A DNA stretch of 64,000 nucleotides from the human T2T-CHM13v2.0 reference genome, Homo sapiens: NCBI RefSeq assembly GCF_009914755.1, contig NC_060925.1. One strand, 5' to 3'. A program made the position numbers and the translations under genes. The notes beneath the pieces were generated by a model, which was given only the letters and a program-made list of their open reading frames with translations, was not told the origin of the DNA and made no database searches. Positions 52,948-64,000 of this stretch are shown here, one piece after another; positions within the stretch are counted from its first letter, which is position 1, and each line of letters opens with the position of its first letter.

Positions 52948-55900
52948 AGGCAGAGCAAGATGCTGGAATAGAAAGCTTCACCAATTGCCCCCACCCCCAC
53001 AAGGACACCAAGTTAACAACTATCCACACAGAAAAAAACACCTTCATGAGAACCAAACGCCAGATGAGCATTCACAGTACTGGCTTTTAACTTCCTATTG
53101 CGAAAAGGGGCACTGAAGACATAGAACAAACTGTCCTGAATCGCCAGTGCCACCTCTCCCTGACCCCCAGCAGTGGTGCGTGGTGACAAGAGCATCTCTG
53201 GGTGCTAGGGAAGGGATGATATAGTTTGGCTCCGTGTCCTTACCCAAATCTCATCTGGAATTGTAACTGGGGCTTGCATCCCCTGAAATAACAGCCTGAG
53301 CTGTACCTTGGCCTCTTTTACCCACAGCTGGAGCAGGTGGGATGCCCCAAGTCCCGAGGCTGCACACTGCAGGGGGGCCCTGGACCCTGCCCATAAAACC
53401 ATTTTTTACCTCCTAGGCCTCTGGGCCTGTGATGGGAGGGGCTGCTGTGAAAGTCTCTGAGATGCCCTAGAGACATTTTCCCCGCTGTCTTGGTGATTAA
53501 CATTTGGCTCCTTGTTTCTTATGCAAATTTCTGTAGCCAGCTTGAATTTCTCCCCAGAATATGGGTTTTTCTTTTCTACCACATCGTCAGGCTGCAAATG
53601 TTGACTCCATGTCTCACATCCAGGTCATGTGGGGATTATGGGAAGTACATCTTGAATTGTAATCCCCATAATTCTCACAGGTCAAGGGAAGAACCTGGTG
53701 GGAGGTGATTGGATCATGGGGGCTGTTTTCCTGAGACGGGGGTGAGTTCTCATGAGATCTCATGGTTTTATAAGGTGCTCTTCCTGCTTTGCTCTTCGTT
53801 TTCTCTCTCATCTGCCACCATGTAAGACATGCCTCTTCCTCTTCACTATGATTTTAAGTTTCCTGAGGCCTCCCTAACCATGTGGAACTGTGAGACAATT
53901 AAAACTCTCTTCTTTGTAAATTACCCAGTCTCAGGTAATATCTTCATAGCAGTGTGAAAACAGACTCATACAAGGAAGAATACAGCAATTGTGAGGCACT
54001 GAACTCAGTGCTGTCCTGTTAGAGGAGAAAGGAAAAGCAAACCAAACTCACCTGATGTTGCCCACAGAGGGAGCATTTAAACTAGCCCTAGCCAGGGGGC
54101 AATCTCCAATCCCAGAGGTCCGAACTTGAGTGCCTGCAAACCTCACCACTGAGGGCCAAAGTACTGTTGGCCTCTAAGTAAACCTGAAAGGCAGTCTAGG
54201 CCATAACGACTGCAACTCGTAGGCAAGTCCTACAGCTGAACTAGGCCCAGAGACAGTGGACTTAGGGGGCATGCGACATACTGAGGCACCAGCTGGGACA
54301 GCCGAGAGAGTGCTGGCGTCACCCCTCCCCTGGCCCCAGGGTGCACAGCACCTGGCTCCAAAAGAGACCCCTTCCTTCTGCTTGAGGAGAGGACAGGGAA
54401 GAGTAGGGAGGACTTTGTCCTGCATCTTGGATACCAGCTCAGCCACAGCAGGAGAGGGCACCAGCAGAGTCATGAGGCCCCCATTCCAGACCGTAGCTCC
54501 CAGATGACATTTCTAGACATACTCTGAGCCGGAAGGGAAGCCGCTGCCTTGAAGGAAACGACCCAGTCCTGCCAGCATTCATCACCTACTAACTGAAGAA
54601 CCCTTGGGCCCCGAATAACCAGCAGTGACACCCATGAATTACATCGAAGGCCTTGGGTGAGTCTCCGGGACTTGCTGGCTTCAGGTGAGACTCAGCACAT
54701 AACCAGCTGTGGTAGCTACAGGGCAAAACTCCTTCTGCTTGAGAAAAGCAGAGAGAAAAATAAAAGGGACTCAACTACCAACATCTTAGGTACCAAGAAC
54801 CCCAAGAATGGGTTCCTGGGGTCCCTGACTCCAAGACTTGAGTCTTAGCATTTCTGGGCCTGCCTTCGGCCGGAGGGCAGTCCTCTCCCCTGACGAGAGT
54901 CCCAAATCCCTGCAACATTCACCACGAGCTGACTTTAGAGACCTTGGGCCTTAAGGGAATGTTGGCAGTAATCTGGCAATACTCCATGTGGCCAGGGGTA
55001 AAGGTGGCTGCGGGGTGAGGCTCCTGTGCCTTTGGAAAAAGGAGGGAAGACTGAGAAAGATTGAGTCTTACAGTTTTAGTGCCAGCTCAGTCGTAATACA
55101 AAAGAATACCAGGTAGACTTTTAAGGTCTGACTCCCAGACAGTACTTCTGGACCCACCTGGGGCCTGGGGGACCTCATGGCCCTGAAGGGAAGGGCATAG
55201 GCCTTGCTGGCTTTGCCACCTGCTGATTGTAGAGCCCCAGACCCTTGAGCAAACACAGTCAGCAGCCAGGGAGTGGTTACAGCAGGTCTTGGGCGAGACC
55301 CAGCACTGTGCTGGCTTCAGGTCTACATAAAAGCAGAAACATGGAACAATGGAACACAACAGAAAACCCAGAAACAAATATACACACCTATGGTGAACTA
55401 ATTTTTGATAAAAGTGCCAAGAACATAGAAAAGACAGTCTCTTCAATAAATGATGCTGGGAAAACTGGATAGCCATATGCAAAAGAATGAAACTACACCA
55501 CTATCTCTCACCATATACAAAAATAAAATCAAATGGATTAAAGACTTAAATCTAAGACCTCAAACTATAAAACTACTACAAGAAAATATTAAGGAAAATC
55601 TCCAGGACACTGGGCTGGGCAAAGATATTTTGAGCAATACCCTATAAACACAGGCAACCAAAGAAAACATGGACAAATGGGATCACATCAAGTTAAAAAG
55701 CTTCTGCATAGCAGAGGAAACAATCAGCAAAGCGAAGAGACAACCCATGGAATGGGAGAAAATATTTGCAAGCTACCCATCTGACAAGGGGTTAATCACC
55801 AGAATATACAAAGAGCTCAAACAAATCTATAGAAAAAACAAATCTAATAATCTGATCAAAAGACGGACAAAAGATTTGAATAGACATTGCTCAAAAGAAG

Positions 55901-56919
55901 ACATACACATGGCATACAGACATATGAAAAGGTGTTCAATATCACTGTCAGAGAAATGCAAATCAAAACCACAATGAGGTATCATCTCACCCCAGTTAAA
56001 ATGGCTTATAATAAAGACAAGCAGTAACAAATGCTGGTGAGGATGTGGAGAAAAGGGAACCCTTGTACACTGTTGATGGGAATGTAAATTAATACAACCA
56101 CTATGGAGAACTGTTTGGAGGTTCCTCAAGAAACTAAAAATATAACTACCATAGGATCCAGCAATCCTACTGCTGGGTATATACCCAAAACAAAGGAAAT
56201 CAGCTTATCGAAGAGGTATCTGCACTCCTATGTTTGTTGCAGCACTGTTCACAATAGCTAAGATTTGGAAGCAAACTAAACGTCCATCAGCAGATGAATG
56301 CATAAAGAAAATGTGGTACATATACACAATGGAGTACTATTCAGCCAGAAAAAAATGAGATCCAGTCATTCGTAACAACATGGATGGAAATGAAGGTTAT
56401 TCCATTAAGTGAAATACCAGTCTCAGAAAGACAAACATATGTTCTTACTTATTTGTGGTATCTAAGAAAAATCACACGTTCTTATTTATTTACTTATTTA
56501 TTACTAAAAAATCACATGTTCTTACTTATTTGTGGTATCCAAAAATCAAACCAATTGAACTCATGGACAGAGAGAGTAGAAGGAGGCTTCCCAGAGGCTG
56601 CAAATCGTAGGTGGTTTACAGGGGAGGTGAGGATGGTTAATGGGTACAACAGAAATAGAAAGAATGGGTAAGACCTACTATTTGATAGCACAATAGGGTG
56701 ACTATAGTCAATGATTACCTAGTTGTATGTTTTAAGATAACTTAAAAAATGTAATCGGATCGTTTGTAACTCAAAGGATAAATGCTTGAGGGGATGGATA
56801 CCATATTTTCCTTAACATGCTTCTTTCACATTGCATCCTTGTATCAAAACATCTCATGTACTCCATAAATATATGCCCCTACTATGTACCCACAAATTTT
56901 TTAAAAAATAAAATAATTT
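52948..56919 (+). mobile_element. Second L1 (L1MA-type) inserted in the host ORF1; internally deleted (5'UTR fused to the ORF2 3' end)
   Basis: Perfect 15-bp TSD aaagtcagagaaaac (52933-47, 56920-34). The 5'UTR runs to ~55324 and is followed directly by ORF2 cataaaagcaga. Confidence 0.88.
53217..53972 (+). mobile_element. THE1D-like MaLR LTR with an inverted internal-sequence insert
   Basis: TGATATAGTTTGGCTC...AAACAGACTCATACA with a 5-bp TSD aggga/aggaa. Confidence 0.85.
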
Positions 56920-57391
56920 AAAGTCAGAGAAAACCTATTTAACGAAATAACAGCCAAAACCAAAGGAATTCATCACCACTAGACTAGCTCTAAAAAAAAT
57001 TCTTAGGAGAGTCCTATATCCAGCAGCAAAAGGACAATATTTGCCATCATGAAAACACACCAAAGTAGAGAACTCACTGATAGAACAGATACGCAAATGG
57101 GAAAAAGAAGGGAATCAAATGTTATCACTACAGAAAACCACCAAACTGTAAAGGCAAACAATACAAGAGGAAGAGGAGAACAAAGGATTTACAAAACAAT
57201 CAGAAAACAATTTTTAAAATGTCAGGACTAAGTCCTCTCATATAAATAACCATAACTGTAAATGGTTTAAATTCCCCCAATTAAAAGATTGGCTGGATAG
57301 GTAGGAATAACAACAACAAAAAGAATCTAACTATGTGCTGCCTACAAAAAAAATCACTTCAATTGTAAAGCCAGATTAAAAGTGAAGGGAT

Positions 57392-57967
<576 letters not shown>

Positions 57968-60900
57968 CTAGACAGAAAATCTACAGAAAAATATCACACT
58001 TAATCTGTACCACAGAGGAATCCAGCAGATGTTTACAGAACATACATCCAACACCTGTAGAATATACTTTCATCTCATCAGTAAATGGAACATTCTCCAA
58101 GATAAATGATACATTAGTCCTCTAAACAAGGCTTAACACATTTTTAGAAACTGAGATCATATCAGGTACCTTTTCAGACTGCAATGAAATAAAACTAGAA
58201 ATCAGTAAAAGAAACTTTGGCTGTACAAATACATGAAAATTAAACATGCTTCTTGGGTCAGTGAAGCAATTGAGAAAAAGATCAAAAACTTTATTCAAAC
58301 AAATGAAAACGGACATACAACATATCAAAATGTATGGGTTACAGCAAAAGTAGTGTTAAGATGGAAGTTTATAGCAATAAACACCTCTATAAAAGAGGTA
58401 GGAAGATTTCAAGTTAAAAAGTCTAACAATGTATCTCAAGGAACTAGAAAAACAAGAATAAACCAACATCAAAATTAGTAGAAGGTAAGAAATAAAGATC
58501 CAAACAGATCTAAACAAAACAGAGATTAAAGAACAATACAATACAAAAGATCAATGAAACAAAAAGTTTTTTGAAAAGATAAACAAAATTAATAAACGAC
58601 TTGCTAGACTAAGAAAGAAAAAGACTCAAATAAGTAAAATCAGTGAGGAAAAAGGGGACATTATACCAGATTCCCCAGAAATTCAAAGCATGATTAGAGA
58701 CTGTTAGCAACAACTGCATGCCAATAAATTGGAAAACCTAGAAGAAATGGATAAATTCCCAGTCACACACAAACTACCAAGGTTAAACCGTGAAGAAAAC
58801 AGAAAACGTGAACAGAACAATAGCAAGTAATGAGATAGAAACAGTAATAAAGCCTCCCATCAAAGAAAAGCCTAGGACCTGATGGCTTCACTGCTGAATT
58901 CTACCAAACATTTAAAAAAGAATGAATACCAATTCTACTCCCACTATTCCAGAAAAATTAGGAGGAGGAAATACTTCCAAAGTATATATATAAAACCAGC
59001 ATTATGTAAAACCAGCATTACCCTGATGCTAAAACTAGACAAAGGCACAACAACAAAAAACTAAAGGCCAATATCACTGATTAGCATAGACACACTTTTT
59101 TTTCAACAAAATACTGGCAAACCAAATTCAACATTAAAAAGATCATTCATCATAATCAAGTGGGTTCATCTCAGGGATGGAAGGATGGTTGAACATATGT
59201 AAATCAATAAAGGTGATACATCACATTAACAGAATCAATGACAAAACCATATGATCATTTCAATAGATGTTGAAAAAAACTTTCAATAAAATTCAATATG
59301 CCTTCATGATGAAAAAAATCTTAACAAACTGGGTATGAGGGAAACATACTTCAGAAAATAAGGGCCATATATGACAAACCCCAAGCTAGCATCACACTTA
59401 ATTGGGAAAAACTGAAAGCCCCTCCTTTACCACGTGGAACAAGACAAAGATGTCCACTTTCACCACTTTTACTCAACACAGTACTGGAATTCCTAGCCAG
59501 AGCAATTAGACAGGAGAAAAAATTAAAGGGCATTCAAATTAGAAAGGAAGAATTCAAGTTAGCCTTGTTCACAGACAACATGATCTTACATCTAGAACCA
59601 AGAGACTCCAACAAAAACTGTTAAACTGATAAATTCAGTTAAGTCGCAGGATACAAAATCAACATACAAAAATCAGTAGCATTTCTATATGCCAACAGCA
59701 AACATCTGAAAACAAATAAAGAAAGCAATCCCATTTGCAACAGCTACAATAAAATAGCATAAACACCTAGGACTAAACTTAATAAAAGTGAGATCTCTAC
59801 AATAAAAGTATAAAGCATTGATAAAAGAAATTGAAGAGAACATAATAAATTGGAAAGATAGCCCATGTGGATTGGAAGAATACTGCTAAAATGACCGTTC
59901 TATCCAAAGCAATCTACATTTTCAATGTAATCCATATCAAAATATCAATGACACTCTGCACATGAAAAGAAAAAGGCAATCCGGAAATTCATATGGAACA
60001 ACAAAAGCAATCCTGGACAAAACGAACAAAGCTGGAGGCATCACGTTACCTGACTTGAAAATGCTCTATAAAATTACAAAAAGCAAAGTAAGCATGGTAC
60101 TAGCATAAAAATGGACATATGGACCAATGGAACACATGAAAGAACGTAGAAACAAATCCACACATTTAGTCAATGGAGTTTCAAGAAAGTCATCAAGAAA
60201 ATACATTGAGAAAGGAAAATCTAGATAGCCCATATGCAAAAGAATAAAACTAGACCCCTATCTCTCCCCATATACAAAAGTCATACCAAAACAGCTTAAA
60301 TATTTGAATATAAGACCTAAAACCATGAAACTACTATAAGAAAACATTGGGTAAACACTTCAGACATTGAGCTGGGCAACTACTTATTGAGCAAGACCTC
60401 AAAAGCACAGGCAACAAAAGCAAATATAGAAACATGAGATCAAATCAAGCTAGAAAGCTTCTGCACAGCAAAGAAAATAATCAATGAAGAAACAACCTAT
60501 AGAATTGAAAAAAAAATTTGCAAAGTATTCATTGGACAAGAGATTAATAATCACAATATATAGGAACTCAAACTCAATAGCAAAAAACAACCCAATTAAG
60601 AACAGGCAAAATATGCTGAATTCATAGAAATGGCCAACAGATATATAAAAAAATGTTCAGTAACATTAATGGTCAGGGAAATGCAAATTAAAACCACAAT
60701 GAGCTATCATCTCCCCAGTTAAAATGGCTACTATAAAAAAGTAAGAAAATAACGAATGCTGGCAAGGATGTGGAGAAAGGGGAAGGCTCACACATTGTTG
60801 GTGGAATGTAAATTAGTACAACCACTATGGACAACAGTAAGGAGGTTCCTCAAGAAACTACAAACGCAACTACCATATAACCAAACAATCCAAACGTTGG

Positions 60901-62443
60901 ATATAGATCCAAAAGAAAGGAAATCAGAATATCAAAGAGAGATCTGCACTCCCATGTTTATTGCTGCACTATTCAAAATAGCCAAGGCAGGGGTCGACCT
61001 AAATGTCCATCAATAAGTAAAAAAAAAAATGCCATATATATATATATACACACACATATACACACACACACAACGGAATATAGTTCCTCTATGAAAAGTA
61101 ATAAAATCCTGTCATTTGTAGCAACATGGATGGAACTTAAAGACATCACATGATGTGAAATATGCCAGGCACAGAAAGACATATCTCATGTTCTCACTCA
61201 TACATGGGAACTAAAAAGAAGGTGATTTTATAGAGATAGTGAATACAATAGTGGTTTTGAGGCTGGAAAGAGTAGTAGGTAGAGGGATTAAGAGGGGTTG
61301 GTTAATGCATACAAGATTACAGCTCAATAGGAGGAGTAAGATCTAGTGTTCAGCTGCACAATAGGGCAACTATAGTTAATAGTTTACTGTATATTTCAAA
61401 ATAGCTAGAAGAGAAAATTTAGAATGTTCCCAACATAAATAAATTTTTGAGGAGATGGATCTCCCAGTTACCCAGATCTGATCATTACACATTGTATGCT
61501 GGTATCAAAATACCACATATACCACACAAATATGTACAACTATCATATATCAATAAAAATGTTTAAAAAGCAATAAAGAGCATTTAACTTGGAAGAAATC
61601 ACATTGTCCTCCCTTTGCAGACAACATGACCTTATATATGGAGAAACTAAAAGACTCCACCAAAATACCCTTAGAACTGATAAATTCAGTAAAGCTACAA
61701 GATACAAAATCAACATGCAAGAATCAGCAGTGTTTCTATACACCAATAATGAACTACCTGAAACAGAAATCAAGAAAGTAATCCCATTTACACTAGCTAC
61801 CCACCCCCCAAAAAAAGACACCTAGGAGTAAATTTAACCAAGGAGGTGAAAGGCCTCTGCAATAAGAACTATAAAACATTGATAAAAGAAACTGAAGAGA
61901 ACACAAATGGAAAGGCATACCATGCTCATTAATTGGAAGAATTAATATTGTTAAATGATGATACTATCCAAAGCAATCTACAGATTCAATGCAATCCCTA
62001 TTAAAATACCAACGATATTCTTCAAGAAATAGAACTAATGATCCTAAAATTAACATGAAAACACAAAAGACCCCAAATAGCCAAGGCAATACCGAGCAAA
62101 AAGAACAAAGCTGGAGGTATCACACTACCTAACTTCAAAATATCCCACAAAGTTATACTAACAAAAAAAACATGGAATTGGTATAAAAACAGACATATAG
62201 ACCAATGGAACAGAACAGAAAACGCACAATTAAATACACATTATTTATAGGCAACTGATTGTCAACAAAGGCACCAAGAACACACAGTGGGGAAAGGACA
62301 CCTCTTCAATTATTTGTCATCAGAAAAGTGGATATCCACGTGCAGAAGAATGAAACTAAACCCTTATCTGTCACCACACAGAAAAATCAACCAAAATTAA
62401 TTAACTACTGTGAGCCTGGAAACTATAATACTAAAAGAAAACA

Positions 62444-63059
62444 GTTGGTGGGACTGTAAACTAGTTCAACCATTGTGGAAAATAGTGTGGCGATTCCTCA
62501 GGGATCTAGAACTAGAAATACCATTTGACCCAGCCATCCCATTACTGGGTATATACCCAAAGGATTATAAGTCATGCTGCTATAAAGACACATGCACACG
62601 TATGTTTATTGTGGCACTATTCACAACAGCAAAGACTTGGAACCAACCCAAATGTCCAACAATGATAGACTGGATTAAGAAAATGTGGCACATATACACC
62701 ATGGAATACTATGCAGCCATAAAAAAGGATGAGTTCATGTCCTTTGTAGGGACATGGATGAAGCTGGAAACCATCATTCTCAGCAAACTATCGCAAGGAC
62801 AAAAAACCAAACACCACATGTTCTCACTCATAGGTGGGAATTGAACAATGAGAACACATGGACACAGGAAGGGGAACATCACACACCGGGGCCTGTTGTG
62901 GTGTGGGGGGAGGGGGGAGGGATAGCATTAGGAGATATACCTAATGTAAATGACAAGTTAATGGGTGCAGCACACCAACATGGCACATGTATACATATGT
63001 AACAAACCTGCACGTTGTGCACATGTGCCCTAGAACTTAAACTATAATTTAAAAAAAAA
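62444..63059 (+). mobile_element. Young 5'-truncated L1PA (about L1PA4) 3' end nested in the older L1
   Basis: Open ORF2p C-terminus ...WMKLETIILSKLSQGQKTKHHMFSLIGGN*, a G-rich 3'UTR, poly(A) and TSD aaaagaaaaca. Confidence 0.93.
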
Positions 63060-63548
63060 AAAAGAAAACATAGGGGAAACACTTCAGAACATTGGTCTAG
63101 GCAAAGATTTTATGGCTAAGACCACAAAAGCACAAGCAACAAAAACAAAAATAGATAAATGAGACTGTATTAAACCAAAATGCTTCTGCAGAGCAAAGGA
63201 AACACTCAACAGAGTGAAGAGACAACCTATAAAATGGCAGAAAATATTTGCAAATTATGCATTCAAAAAGGAACTAATATCCAGAATATACAAGGAACTC
63301 AAACAACTCAACAGCAAAAATATCACAAATATTCCAATTCAAAAGAGGGCAAAGGATCTAAATAGATATTTATCTAACACATATAGAAAAGGCCAATAAA
63401 AATGCTTATCAGCAACCATCAGGAAAATGCAAATCAAAACCAAAATGAGGTGTCATCTCACCCCAATGAGAATGACTATTATCAAAAAGACCAAAAAAAA
63501 TAAAAATAACAAATGCTGGCAAGGATGTGGGGAAAACATACTCTCATA

Positions 63549-63720
63549 CTAGGCTGGTGCAAAAGTAATTGTGGTTTTTGCCATTAAAATTAATAGCTAC
63601 CCACTCCCAAAAAAAGATACCTAGGAATAAATTTAACCAAGGAGGTGAAAGGCCTCTACAATGAGGCCACTGCCAATACTTTTAATGGCAAAAACTGCAA
63701 TAACTTTTGCACCCACCTAA
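63549..63720. mobile_element. MADE1 (Hsmar1 mariner MITE) with a central ~75-bp foreign insert
   Basis: TIRs are ctaggctggtgcaaaagtaattgtggtttttgccatt and aatggcaaaaactgcaataacttttgcacccacctaa, flanked by TA on both sides. Confidence 0.9.
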
Positions 63721-64000
63721 TAGTATAGCCATTATGGAAAACAGCATGAGGGGTTCTCAAAAAACTAAAAATAGAACTACCATACAATCTAGCAATTACA
63801 GTACTGGGTATTTATCCAAAGGATAGAAAATCAGTATATCCAAGGGATACCTGCAGCCCCATGTTTATTACAGCAGCACTATTCAGAAAAACTAAGATGA
63901 AATCAACATCTATGTCCATCAATGGAAAAATGGATAAAGAAAATGTGGCATACATACACAATGGAATATTATTCAGTCATGAAAATGATATTCTGTCATT

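Larger units (their letters stand above)
61585..64000 (+). mobile_element. Further L1 ORF2 3' part (L1PB/L1MA-type), running off the window
   Basis: The ORF track shows LSSLCRQHDLI..KFSKATRYKINMQES and [14 protein letters not shown], which are ORF2p remnants. Confidence 0.88.

Noticed and set aside
62410-62844. 144-aa ORF with a clean L1 ORF2p C-terminus
   Set aside because: It is a 5'-truncated L1PA fragment with no promoter, EN or RT domain, so it is neither an active element nor a gene.

Overview
Primate genomic DNA, very probably human (Alu, L1PA, LTR12, MER41 and THE1 are present), from inside the SMYD3 gene, which runs on the minus strand. Only two coding exons are present: 13352..13439 (88 nt; DADMLTGDEQVWKEVQESLKKIEELKAHW) and 8076..8250 (175 nt; KWEQVLAMCQ...GTRTMEPYR). 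From memory these are exons 9 and 10 and encode the start of the C-terminal TPR-like domain. The 5.1-kb intron between them is a U12 (minor-spliceosome) GT-AG intron with a GTATCCTTT donor and a TCCTTAAC branch site. The next intron starts with a non-canonical GC donor. The rest is intronic and rich in transposon relics: 5 Alus, many L1/L2/MIR pieces, two LTR12 solo LTRs antisense to SMYD3 (one nested in an older ERV1 LTR), MER41A, MLT1/MLT2, a rearranged THE1 and a 13-kb nested L1 cluster. There is also a 32-bp VNTR and several 84-95-bp tandem duplications. The other ORF-track entries look like noise or repeat remnants. I found no new gene system. The most unusual items are the U12/GC splicing module, a candidate L1-derived branch point, and a MADE1 mariner MITE carrying a copy of sequence from 1.8 kb upstream. 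Repeat subfamily names come from recalled consensus sequences, not from a search.
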